DNA of 63,186 nt, the filler included, from a bacterium (lineage in GTDB: Bacteria > JACRDZ01 > JAQUKH01), in assembly GCA_028719205.1 (NCBI GenBank). It is 3 parts of 3 records of this genome, joined end to end, with 100 filler letters (N's around TTAATTAATTAA, not from the genome) between each part and the next. Parts side by side here need not be neighbours in the genome. Positions count along the whole stretch, not along the records: positions 1 to 30,595 come from JAQUKH010000031.1; 2 more parts are not named here. The stretch is one strand, 5' to 3'. Position numbers and translations under genes: made by a program. This document shows positions 19,159 through 28,593 of the stretch, one piece after another. The notes under the pieces are model-generated. The model was not told where the DNA came from and ran no database searches. It saw only the letters and a list, made by a program, of their open reading frames with translations. Each line of letters opens with the position of its first letter. Position 1 is the first letter of the stretch.

Positions 19159-20205
19159 CTAATATTTTCGCCAGGTTAAATCAAATTTATCCTCAATAAC
19201 AATTAAAGGATCAGTATATAACCACTTGTTTTCATTCTTTAAATATTTAAAAGCTCCCCCTCCTGAACAAATTGAGGCGGCTGACCAGATATTATTATCA
19301 ACGTCAATTGATAATGAAGCGGCTATAATATTATCCTGGCTGAAATCCTGCCAAATATTGTTTATTTTATCAAACCGTATCACCCCGTGCAGCCTGGTCC
19401 CAAACCAGATAGAACTTGGTTCAAAAAGGTCAGGCATAATGGATAAAATACAATCATTAGCATTTTCGCCATTTACTTTTCTAGCGTACAATTGCCAGCT
19501 GTTTTTTTCTTTGTGATAAACAACCAATCCATAATTCGCGGAACCTATAAGAACATAAGACTCATCAACTGCCACAGCATTTATGCCTTTTATTTCGATA
19601 AAATCCTCAGGCGGATTTACTTTAACAAGAAAATCCCGCTGTGAAGAATATTTAAAAAGCCCGTTATCCGTTCCCACCCACAATGAATAATTATCGCCGC
19701 CCGGATCCTCGGCAATTGAATTTACTTTTTTAGCCGTTAATCCTTCTTTGGAGGCATATGTCTTCCATTCGCCCGTTTCCGTGTCAAACCTTACTAATCC
19801 AAAATCCGAAGCGAACCAGATATATTTTTTTATAATTTTATCAAACAAAATAGCATTAATTTGTATATCAAGTATGCCATCTTTATCTTTTATTTTTTCT
19901 ACGGTATTTTTTGCCCGGCTATATTTTTTAACACCTTGTACGGTACCTAACCAAATAAAATCTTTTTCTAAAGGATTAATAGCAATTACCCTAATATCCT
20001 TAACATCCTTGCTGATTATATCCCACTTATCGGACGATCTATTATATTTCAAAAGGCATTTATTAGTCCCAAACCAGATCAGATTTGTCTCGATAACATC
20101 CGCGGCAACTGAGATAAATTTTGTTCCCGGATAATAAATTTCTTCTGCCTGAATAACAGGGCATAAAAATAATATTATTATATTTAAAAACAATAATTTT
20201 CTCAT
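19159..20205 (-). CDS. Secreted beta-propeller protein (regulator-propeller-like repeats)
   Basis: Signal peptide; repeated IWFGT/LWVGTDNGL/IWFASDFGL blades. Confidence 0.75.
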   Translation of the reverse strand: MRKLLFLNIIILFLCPVIQAEEIYYPGTKFISVAADVIETNLIWFGTNKCLLKYNRSSDKWDIISKDVKDIRVIAINPLEKDFIWLGTVQGVKKYSRAKNTVEKIKDKDGILDIQINAILFDKIIKKYIWFASDFGLVRFDTETGEWKTYASKEGLTAKKVNSIAEDPGGDNYSLWVGTDNGLFKYSSQRDFLVKVNPPEDFIEIKGINAVAVDESYVLIGSANYGLVVYHKEKNSWQLYARKVNGENANDCILSIMPDLFEPSSIWFGTRLHGVIRFDKINNIWQDFSQDNIIAASLSIDVDNNIWSAASICSGGGAFKYLKNENKWLYTDPLIVIEDKFDLTWRKY

Positions 20206-20321
20206 TTTTAAAAAAAATATGTCTTTTTTATCAAATTAACCAGAGATAAACACAAAATAAGAACAAAATTTTATAATATTTCACAATAATTGTCAAGGTA
20301 TATCTCCGAAAAATCCAGGGA

Positions 20322-22253
20322 CTACTCAACCCTAAGCTGGGTTTCAGCATCGACTATTCCCCTGCAAATATTCTCAATAGCCTTCTGCGAGGTTTGTTTT
20401 AACTGTACAGATGTATACGGATTGCTTTTTATTTCTCTTAATAACTGGAGGGCCATACGAAAATAGCGGACCACTTCACCTTCATCAGCATCGGTAAAGC
20501 GGAGGATCTCCCCAAATTCCTCACCATGCATCCAAAAATCAAACGCCTCAGACATCTGGAATGAACTTTTTTTAATAAACGGCCTGATATTATATTTAGA
20601 CTCTTTTCTTTTTATTTCTTTTTCTTGAGAGGAAACAAATTTCTCAAGCCTTTTGTACCTTACGGGCACATCTCTTTTGGGAAGCCCTCTTCTTGGTTCA
20701 TAAACCAAACTGAGAAGCAGGATCCCAAGCTCATACTCATTCATTTTATTAATAAAATTCCTTTCATATAATTCTCCAAAGATCAATTCATGCCCGAACA
20801 TCTGTGACACAAAAAGGCCTTTTTTTGTAATAGAATTTTTTCTTATATATCCCATTTCTTTTAGCAGCAGCAGCCTGTCTTTGATCTGGCCCTCTGCTTC
20901 TCTCCGGTGAGCAGAGTCATTTTGAAAAAAATGGAACGATCTTTCATATATTTCATAAAGCCCTTCTCCTAAATTCTGGTATAAATTCAAAATAGTAGCG
21001 TAAGCGGTATTAAACTGGCTTACGACCTTTTCTGTTTTCCCTTTTACAGCGTGGATTATCTTATCAAAATCTATTTCCAGCGGATTAATACGGCAATATA
21101 TAAATCCTTCGTTATCGATTCCCCGTCTGCCGGCCCTCCCGGCCATTTGCTGAAAATCCCGCGCTTTCATAGTCCTGAAGCCGGTACCGTCAAATTTCTG
21201 CAACCCGTCAAAAATAACACTTCTTGCCGGCATATTTATACCCAAAGCAAAGGTTTCGGTCGTAAAAATAATTTTAATTGATCGCCTGGTAAAAAGCCTT
21301 TCCACAACTTCTTTCAATGTAGGCAGCATGCCCGCGTGATGATACGCGATCCCTCTTGAGATTAATGGCCGCAAAAATTCCGCTCCAGGTTCATATAAAA
21401 GATTAAATTTTTCGCATAATGAATTATAAAACTCATTTACTTCTTTCTTTTCGCTTTCAGACATAAAATCACATCCTATCAAAGACTCCGCTAATTCTTT
21501 ACACCTGCGCCGGCTAAAAGCGAAATAAATGCAAGGTAATCCGTTTGCCTGATGAATATGTTTAACCAGGTCAGGAACACGGTTCGGGTGTATAGATTCA
21601 GTTGAATATCTTCGGCCATGGCGTAAATAATACTGTTTCCCTGTATATGATAATTTTTTAACTTCATCAAGGCTGTTCGCGATCTTACCCTGCGTCTGAT
21701 AAAAAATATGAAGCGGCACAGACCTGTTATTTTCAACAACGACCTTAAGATCTAATTTATGGATATGCCTTATCCATTCAGCCAGTTCATTAATATTCGG
21801 GATAGTAGCGCTTAAGGCCAGCACCTTCATATGTTCCGGCAGAAAAATAATGGATTCTTCCCACACGGTCCCGCGTTCTTCATTATCTATGTAATGGATC
21901 TCATCAAAAATTATCCATTTATAATTATCAAGTGAAGATTTTTCGCTTAACAATTTATTCCTGAATATCTCCGTCGTCATGATCATAACGGGAGAATTGG
22001 GATTTATACTTACATCGCCCGTCAGGATGCCGACTTTATCACCGTATTGACATTTGAAATCACGATATTTCTGGTTACTTAAGGCCTTGACAGGAGCGGT
22101 ATAAATAACACCTTCTCTGTTTTGCAGGCATTTTTTTATTACATATTCGGCAATGATCGTTTTACCCGCTCCGGTAGGCGCGGATATTAAAACCGAATTG
22201 CCGTCTTCTATATGGTCAATAGCTTCTTTTTGAAAAGGGTCATAAATAAACAT
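20322..22253 (-). CDS. Ski2/HelY-like DExH RNA helicase
   Basis: APTGAGKT, DEIH, LSAT, HHAGMLP, ETFALGINMPA, QMAGRAGRRG, C-terminal DEGEVVR. Confidence 0.92.
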   Translation of the reverse strand: MFIYDPFQKEAIDHIEDGNSVLISAPTGAGKTIIAEYVIKKCLQNREGVIYTAPVKALSNQKYRDFKCQYGDKVGILTGDVSINPNSPVMIMTTEIFRNKLLSEKSSLDNYKWIIFDEIHYIDNEERGTVWEESIIFLPEHMKVLALSATIPNINELAEWIRHIHKLDLKVVVENNRSVPLHIFYQTQGKIANSLDEVKKLSYTGKQYYLRHGRRYSTESIHPNRVPDLVKHIHQANGLPCIYFAFSRRRCKELAESLIGCDFMSESEKKEVNEFYNSLCEKFNLLYEPGAEFLRPLISRGIAYHHAGMLPTLKEVVERLFTRRSIKIIFTTETFALGINMPARSVIFDGLQKFDGTGFRTMKARDFQQMAGRAGRRGIDNEGFIYCRINPLEIDFDKIIHAVKGKTEKVVSQFNTAYATILNLYQNLGEGLYEIYERSFHFFQNDSAHRREAEGQIKDRLLLLKEMGYIRKNSITKKGLFVSQMFGHELIFGELYERNFINKMNEYELGILLLSLVYEPRRGLPKRDVPVRYKRLEKFVSSQEKEIKRKESKYNIRPFIKKSSFQMSEAFDFWMHGEEFGEILRFTDADEGEVVRYFRMALQLLREIKSNPYTSVQLKQTSQKAIENICRGIVDAETQLRVE

Positions 22254-22331
22254 GGTTATGAGTATAACAGAAATAACCGATAAAATAACAGAAAAGTAAA
22301 TAAAGAGTGTGTTATAAAAAAGAAGGAAAAT

Positions 22332-22748
22332 ATGTCTCTTTTTAGTGTAAATCCTGAAAAAGAAAAAAAATTAACCGGGCAAATGGAAAAGCTGGGGATC
22401 AGAGAAACAGACCTTATTGAAAAATTTATCCGTTCAGGCGGCAAGGGCGGACAGAATGTAAATAAAACCTCAACCTGCGTCTATCTTGAACATATCCCAA
22501 CCGGCCTTAGTGTTAAAATGCAGAAGGAACGGTCACAAAGCCTGAACCGTTTCTTCGCGAGGCGCCTGCTTTTTGAAAAAATTGAAAATCAATTATTTAA
22601 AGAAAAAAGCGAATCGCGGAAAAAAATTGAAAAGATCAAAAGGCAGAAAAGAAAAAGGTCCAAACGGGCGAAAGAAAAAATGCTTCAGGATAAAAAACTG
22701 CATTCAGTAAAGAAAGACTTGCGAAAATCAGTTTCATTCGAAGCTTAA
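22332..22748 (+). CDS. Peptidyl-tRNA hydrolase domain (RF-1/ArfB-like) ribosome rescue factor
   Basis: RSGGKGGQNVNK, ERSQSLNR, basic C-terminal tail. Confidence 0.88.
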   Translation: MSLFSVNPEKEKKLTGQMEKLGIRETDLIEKFIRSGGKGGQNVNKTSTCVYLEHIPTGLSVKMQKERSQSLNRFFARRLLFEKIENQLFKEKSESRKKIEKIKRQKRKRSKRAKEKMLQDKKLHSVKKDLRKSVSFEA

Positions 22749-22846
22749 TCCCTCTTAATTTTCTTGACACTTATTTTTTAAGGTGTAAAATTTGGTTGTT
22801 AGTATAAAGATTTATCATAATTAAAATATAAGGGAGGAATAAAAAA

Positions 22847-23299
22847 ATGAAAAAATTGTTTATTGTTTTGGCCGGTTTCGCTTTATGTATTAATCTGATC
22901 AGCTGCGGGTCAGGGGTAAAAAGCCATGTCAAGGGCGGGGAATTACAGCAAACTATGGAAGGTGAAACACAGGACAATGATTTTATTCAATCGATCGGAA
23001 TAGGCGCCGCGGACCAAAAAATGGATAATAAAACACAAAGGATGTCAACAAGCCGTAACGCGGCTATTACTCTGGCTCAATATGAGATGGTCGGCATAAT
23101 AAAAGGATTACATGTGGAAGGCGGAGTTACTGTATCGAAAGCAATGGAAACAAATTCGGATATTTATGCCAAAGTTAATGAATCCGTCAAAGGTGCTGAA
23201 ATAGTAAAAACTGAATGGACAGCGGATGATGGATGCGTGATAACTTTAAGGCTTTCTAAAAAAAGGCTTGCCCAGATGTTAAAGATGAATTTTAAATAA
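22847..23299 (+). CDS. LPP20-like lipoprotein
   Basis: Lipobox LISC; GIGAA..SRNAAITLA, VKGAEIV pattern. Confidence 0.65.
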   Translation: MKKLFIVLAGFALCINLISCGSGVKSHVKGGELQQTMEGETQDNDFIQSIGIGAADQKMDNKTQRMSTSRNAAITLAQYEMVGIIKGLHVEGGVTVSKAMETNSDIYAKVNESVKGAEIVKTEWTADDGCVITLRLSKKRLAQMLKMNFK

Positions 23300-23377
23300 C
23301 CCCTCTAACTCCCCTTATCAGGGGAGAAAACAGAGGAACTTTCTTATCCCCCTGATAAGGGGGAACAAAAGGGGGTT
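23298..23377. repeat. Paired C-run/G-run palindromic repeat
   Basis: AACCCCTCTAACTCCCCTTATCAGGGGAG ... TCCCCCTGATAAGGGGGAACAAAAGGGGGTT in inverted arrangement. Confidence 0.75.
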
Positions 23378-23379
23378 TT

Positions 23380-24534
23380 TTGAAAAAATTTCTTTTAATA
23401 ATTACTATCGCTATAGTCTTTTCCGCCTGTTCTTCTTCGAAACAGTATAAAAAAGAAACAGTTAAAGAAAAAGAGGAAGAGATCGCCGTAGTCGAGGCTG
23501 AAGGCATTGTCAGCATAAAAAACAATGATATTATTAACGCCAAAAAACGCGCGCTTGCGGATGCCCAGAAAAACGCTGTTGAAATGTCCGTCGGGGTTTA
23601 TGTTAATGCCGTAACCCGCGTGGAAAAATCCATGCTTGTTGAACAGAAGATCCTTTCAAAAACAAACGGGTATATTAAAAAATACAAAATATTATCCGAA
23701 GGGACGGTATCCCAAGGGGGACAGGATAATTTTTATAAAACAAGGATCGAGGCTGTAGTTAAGATCGAGGAAATAAATAAAGATCTGAACGACGCCGGAT
23801 TAAACCGCCAATCCGCACCCCCTTCCAATTTGCTTTTCTCCGTGTTGATCAATGACAGGATAGATGATATTGGAAACGAAGACAAGGTCAGCGAGAATGT
23901 TATTGCTGAAAAATTGTTAAGTAAAAATTACAAACTCGGACAGATAAACACGCAAGATAAATCTCTGCTCTCTAATTTAACGGAAAATCCCGAAGGACAA
24001 AAAAAACTCAGCGAAACGTTTAAGTCGGACGTTCTGGTAACCGGAAAATCTTCCGCAACTCTTTTCAAAGAAAATGTGATGGGAAATTTAATTTCATATA
24101 ACGCCAATATTTCCTTTAAAATAATTAAAATAAGCGAATCGGCTTTAATCTACAGCAATTCTTTTTCAAGCGGCGGGCTGGGGATCACAAAAGAAGCCGC
24201 TGCCAAGGAAGCTATGAGACGGGCCGCCCTGCTCGCGAGCGAAGATGTTGCCAAAGTTTTAGAAGAAAGGCTTAAAAAGTTCAATTATATTACGATCGTT
24301 GTAAAAAATATAAGCACGATAAACCAGTTGAATACCATTATGAAAGGCATTGAGGATATTAACGAGATAAAGAATACAACAATAATAAATTTCGCGAATG
24401 GAACTGCGAAAATAAAACTTGAAACTGATGAAAATGCTTCTGTGATTGTTAAAGGAATAGGGTCTCAAGTTGAGAATATTGTTTTGAAGGTCACAGCTGT
24501 AAGCAACGATTTTGTGGAAATAGAGATCCAATAG
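23380..24534 (+). CDS. Lipoprotein with FlgT N-terminal-like domain
   Basis: Lipobox FSAC; VEAEG..AKKRALADAQKNAVE..GVYV..GYIKKYKIL. Confidence 0.7.
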   Translation: MKKFLLIITIAIVFSACSSSKQYKKETVKEKEEEIAVVEAEGIVSIKNNDIINAKKRALADAQKNAVEMSVGVYVNAVTRVEKSMLVEQKILSKTNGYIKKYKILSEGTVSQGGQDNFYKTRIEAVVKIEEINKDLNDAGLNRQSAPPSNLLFSVLINDRIDDIGNEDKVSENVIAEKLLSKNYKLGQINTQDKSLLSNLTENPEGQKKLSETFKSDVLVTGKSSATLFKENVMGNLISYNANISFKIIKISESALIYSNSFSSGGLGITKEAAAKEAMRRAALLASEDVAKVLEERLKKFNYITIVVKNISTINQLNTIMKGIEDINEIKNTTIINFANGTAKIKLETDENASVIVKGIGSQVENIVLKVTAVSNDFVEIEIQ

Positions 24535-24539
24535 TTTTT

Positions 24540-24905
24540 TTACTTCTTCTCTTTTGCGTGGTTATGTTCCATCTCTGAAGAAAAAATCGAAATAACCCGT
24601 CTAAGATGAGAAACCTCATCTTCTGAAAGATACGGGAAAACTGCCCCTGATATATAACAATCCTTGCTGGAAAAATTTTTGCTCCAAATGATCTCTCCAT
24701 GGATATTTAAATTAAACGGAGTAACGGGGCAGGTAATAATAAAATCACAAACCGACTTGTGCGGCATTTTTTCAGGAAAAATAAACGTAATCCCTCCCAT
24801 AGACAAATTAAGAACCTGTCCAACTTCATCAGGATATTCATCAACCATTATTCGAAACGACGCAGGACATTTAACTCTCGGATGGATACGGCGTTCTTGT
24901 TGCAC
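24540..24905 (-). CDS. PilZ-domain c-di-GMP receptor
   Basis: ERRIHPR (RxxxR) and NLSMGG (N/DxSxxG). Confidence 0.85.
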   Translation of the reverse strand: MQQERRIHPRVKCPASFRIMVDEYPDEVGQVLNLSMGGITFIFPEKMPHKSVCDFIITCPVTPFNLNIHGEIIWSKNFSSKDCYISGAVFPYLSEDEVSHLRRVISIFSSEMEHNHAKEKK

Positions 24906-25011
24906 AATTTATACTCCTTTTTAAACTATAAGAATATAATAATAAATTCCTTAAAGTTGAGTTTATTATATAAACTTATTTATAAATATGCAATTATTAT
25001 TTTGTTTATAA

Positions 25012-26409
25012 TTATATATTACTGCTGACCGAAGCGATCTGCTCTTTAGCCATTAATTTTTCAACGGCATTTCTTATAATATTTTTGTTTTTTGGGTTAT
25101 CGGTATATACCCTGAACCGGTTCGCGCGGAAAGGAATATCTTTTATCGCGGAGCTCAATTTTTCTTTTGAAATTTTGTTCTTACCCAGTGGATCGTAAAT
25201 AAATATCTGGCAATCCCCCATCTTTTCAGGATTTTCAGGACGCGGGTCAAGCGAAGCAACGTCTATCCTGAAATCCATTTTATTTCCTAAAATATTTCTA
25301 AGCCCTTTTTCAAAATCACCTTTTTCGATCATTTTAAAACCGCCTAATCTTTCTCTGTATTCATAAATTTCATCGACCACAAGCTTCCATTTTATCTTTC
25401 TTTCCAGAACATAATTCCATTTTTCACCTAATTGTTTTTTTTCTTTATCTTTTGAGAAGATCCATGATACCGCTTCCGTAATCAATGACCAGTCTGTAAG
25501 GTACAAATAACCATCCAGATCTTCCAAAGGATTTTTGCCATAGATCAACTTAAGCGTAGGCTCAAAAATATCCTCCAGGAACAGGTCAATGGCCCTTGTT
25601 GTCCTGTGATAATATAAATTTTCATAAAGATGATATCTTGCCTGCAGGAACCTTTTAACTTCCGAAAGCCCTTTTCTGTGGAGTGTAAAACCTTTGTGTG
25701 AATAATAGGAATAAAAAAGCACCCGTTCGATATTTATCGATCCGATATTAATACCTGACATATAAGCGTCGCGGCAGACATAATCAAAGTTATCCATCGT
25801 AAATATCCCGTTAAAAAGCGGGCTTAAGAATCTTAACCAGCGCGGAATTTTGGTCTTTGTTTTAGTCCCTTTTTTTATTAAATATGCCACATATTCCGGA
25901 TCAATAACCTCACCCGGCAGGAATCTTCCTGAAGGGCTGCGGCGGATCTTTTTTATTTTTTCCCCAAGTTTCGTTGTAATAATTTTCTGCCCGACATCCT
26001 CATGAGTTATATCGCCGAATTTTCCAAGATATTGCTCATCAAAAAAATGTGAAAAAGGCCCGTGCCCAACATCATGGAGGAGGCCTGTAATCCTTAGAAG
26101 TGATTCGATATAATTTTGAGAGGGGCATTCCGTGCCAATTGCCGCTTTAAGCGAGGGATACAAACTTTGCGCGAATATCTCTCCAAGATGCATAACCCCG
26201 ATCGAATGCTGGAACCGGGTATGTTCCGCAGAAGGATAAACCCACCACGCGCTTTGCAGCTGATGGATCTGCTTCAGCCTCTGCACCCACATCGAATCAA
26301 GCAGATCTTTCTCCGACGCCTCATTATCATCAATTGGAACAGTAAACCTGACCGTCCCATGCACACAATCAGCCACCAGATCCACACCCTCTTTTTTCCA
26401 GGCTTTCAT
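25012..26409 (-). CDS. HD-domain dNTP triphosphohydrolase (SAMHD1/YdhJ-like)
   Basis: QRLKQIHQL, HTRFQHSIG, LLHDVGHGPFSH, DNFDYVCRD, YYHRT. Confidence 0.9.
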   Translation of the reverse strand: MKAWKKEGVDLVADCVHGTVRFTVPIDDNEASEKDLLDSMWVQRLKQIHQLQSAWWVYPSAEHTRFQHSIGVMHLGEIFAQSLYPSLKAAIGTECPSQNYIESLLRITGLLHDVGHGPFSHFFDEQYLGKFGDITHEDVGQKIITTKLGEKIKKIRRSPSGRFLPGEVIDPEYVAYLIKKGTKTKTKIPRWLRFLSPLFNGIFTMDNFDYVCRDAYMSGINIGSINIERVLFYSYYSHKGFTLHRKGLSEVKRFLQARYHLYENLYYHRTTRAIDLFLEDIFEPTLKLIYGKNPLEDLDGYLYLTDWSLITEAVSWIFSKDKEKKQLGEKWNYVLERKIKWKLVVDEIYEYRERLGGFKMIEKGDFEKGLRNILGNKMDFRIDVASLDPRPENPEKMGDCQIFIYDPLGKNKISKEKLSSAIKDIPFRANRFRVYTDNPKNKNIIRNAVEKLMAKEQIASVSSNI

Positions 26410-26489
26410 AAAATTATTCCTTTTTTTTAAAACAGAAATAGAATAGATTAAATATATCTGTCTGTCAATATATTTATTAAGGTACTTAT

Positions 26490-28547
26490 TTATCTTATTG
26501 TAGCTTTTAATTTATCTGTCAACGCGGATTTGATTATTTGCTGGATTGATTCGATCTCGGTGTCGGTAAGCGTACGCTCGGGGTGGCGGTATGAGATGGA
26601 AATAGCCAGGCTCTTTAAGCCCTCAGGGATCTGCTTGCCTGTATAGAGGTCAAAAATATTCATTGATTCAATTAATGAACCGCCATTCTCTTTAATCAGA
26701 GAAAGTATTTTTTCAGCCTCGATGTCCCTGGAGATCATCAGGGCGATATCGCGTGAAACATTCGGGAATTTCGGAAGGCTTGCGAACTTCATGCCTTTTG
26801 GGATAGACTCTGAAAATTTCTGCCAGTCTATTTCAAAAAGATATACAGGATTAACAAACTCAAATTTCTCTTTAATATCCGGGTGCAATTCCCCGATAAT
26901 TCCGATCTCTTTATTATCTATATAAATCCTCGCGGCCTTATTCGGATGATATATACAGTCAGTTGATGCTCCAAACCTGTAATTTTTAATATTCAGGCCA
27001 TCAAATAAGTCTTCCAGTATCCCTTTCAGGTCATAAAAATCAACCAGATGGTTTTCTTCAACCCATGCCTTTTCCTGATTAAATCCGGTTACCAATCCGC
27101 CCAGGACCTTTTTTTCAACAGGAAGTTCGTTTTTTTCCCTGGGAATAAAGATCTTCCCCAATTCAAATATTTGTAAATTATTATTTTTTACATTAATATT
27201 TCTTTGTGCTATTTCCAGAAGGCCAGGAATAACCGTTGACTTCAAAATATCCTGATCGCCGGATAAAGGGTTGGAAATTTCCAGGATCCTGCAGCGGTCA
27301 TCATCTTCTTTAAATGAAAATTTTGTTATATTATCCTTACGGCAAAACGTATATGGGACCACTTCAAACATACCTCTTGAAGCTAAAACTTCCTTGACCT
27401 TTCTTTCAAAACGCCACTCAAATTCATTATCCGAAACATTAAATATGCTGTTTGGTATAGTTTCTTTTATATTGTCATATCCATAAATACGGCTCACCTC
27501 TTCTATCAGGTCTATTTCCCTTTCGAGATCTCCGGAACGATATGAAGGGATATTAGCCTTTAAAATATTTTTTCCTGCTTTGGAAGCAATTCCCAATTTT
27601 TTTAAAATAATTCCAACTTCTTTTATTTTTAAGTCTGTACCCAAAATACTATTTAACCGCTCGATCCTTAAATTAATAACCTTAGGGGTGCTCTTGATCG
27701 TTTTTATGTCAACTATGCCGCCGGCAATTGTTCCGCCGCTAAGTTCCTGGATAAGCAGGGCAGCACGATCCAGCGCGGTTTCAACAGTATCCCAATCAAC
27801 CTGCCGCTCAAAATGATAACTGGAATCCGTTTTCAGATTTAATTTTCTGGATGTTTTATTCACGCTTGCCGGTTTAAAGAACGCGCTTTCTAAAAGAATG
27901 GAACCGGTATTAGAGCTTACTTCACTCTCCAATCCTCCCATTATCCCGGCTATAGCAACCGGTTTTTCTTTGTCCGCGATAACCAGCATCGAAGCATCTA
28001 AGTTATATTTATTCTGGTTAATTGCCGTAATACTTTCACCTTTTTTTGCCGGCCGTACAAAAATAGTATGTTCTTTTATCCTGGCAAGATCAAAAGCATG
28101 CAGAGGCTGGCCGTATTCAAGCAGAACATAATTTGTTACATCGACAATATTATTTACCGGCCTCATGCCCTGAAGCGCGAGAAATTCTTTTAACCAATCG
28201 GGGGATTCGGATACCTTGACATTATTTATAACCCTCGCGGAATATCTTAAGCAGTTCACTTTATCCTGAATGGAAATTCTAACAAGATCTTCTATCTTTT
28301 CTTTTCCGCTTTTAATTTTTACCTTAGGGGGGGTAATTTTCGCTCCCGAAAAAGCGGAGATCTCCCTGGCCAAACCGAAATAACTAAGGCAGTCGTTCCG
28401 GTTAGCCGAGACCTCTGATTCAAAGCTCTCTTTATCTTTATCAATCACCCTGGATTCAATTCCAATAACATTTAAACCCAGAATTAACTCGGCAAGAGGC
28501 AATTTAACATCAATATAATTTTTAAGGTATTTATAACTAAAAAGCAT
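26490..28547 (-). CDS. pheT: Phenylalanine-tRNA ligase beta subunit (short form)
   Basis: NRNDCLS, NNIVDVTNY, GQPLHAFD, REIDLIEEV, C-terminal RDIAL...KSLA anticodon-binding domain. Confidence 0.96.
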   Translation of the reverse strand: MLFSYKYLKNYIDVKLPLAELILGLNVIGIESRVIDKDKESFESEVSANRNDCLSYFGLAREISAFSGAKITPPKVKIKSGKEKIEDLVRISIQDKVNCLRYSARVINNVKVSESPDWLKEFLALQGMRPVNNIVDVTNYVLLEYGQPLHAFDLARIKEHTIFVRPAKKGESITAINQNKYNLDASMLVIADKEKPVAIAGIMGGLESEVSSNTGSILLESAFFKPASVNKTSRKLNLKTDSSYHFERQVDWDTVETALDRAALLIQELSGGTIAGGIVDIKTIKSTPKVINLRIERLNSILGTDLKIKEVGIILKKLGIASKAGKNILKANIPSYRSGDLEREIDLIEEVSRIYGYDNIKETIPNSIFNVSDNEFEWRFERKVKEVLASRGMFEVVPYTFCRKDNITKFSFKEDDDRCRILEISNPLSGDQDILKSTVIPGLLEIAQRNINVKNNNLQIFELGKIFIPREKNELPVEKKVLGGLVTGFNQEKAWVEENHLVDFYDLKGILEDLFDGLNIKNYRFGASTDCIYHPNKAARIYIDNKEIGIIGELHPDIKEKFEFVNPVYLFEIDWQKFSESIPKGMKFASLPKFPNVSRDIALMISRDIEAEKILSLIKENGGSLIESMNIFDLYTGKQIPEGLKSLAISISYRHPERTLTDTEIESIQQIIKSALTDKLKATIR

Positions 28548-28567
28548 AATGGTTTAAGCTCCCTATT

Positions 28568-28591
28568 TCCCCCTCAAGGGGATAAAGGGGG
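28568..28591. repeat. C-run/G-run palindromic repeat, partial
   Basis: TCCCCCTCAAGGGGATAAAGGGGG, similar to 23347-23377. Confidence 0.55.
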
Positions 28592-28593
28592 CC

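Noticed and set aside
20268-20296. Rex-like TTGTGAA half-site in the promoter of the cytochrome cluster
   Set aside because: The second half-site matches poorly in an AT-rich context
20322-26409. Helicase plus HD dNTPase (and Pif1 at 34433) as a defence island
   Set aside because: Not operonic, no nuclease or effector partners, and embedded among housekeeping genes
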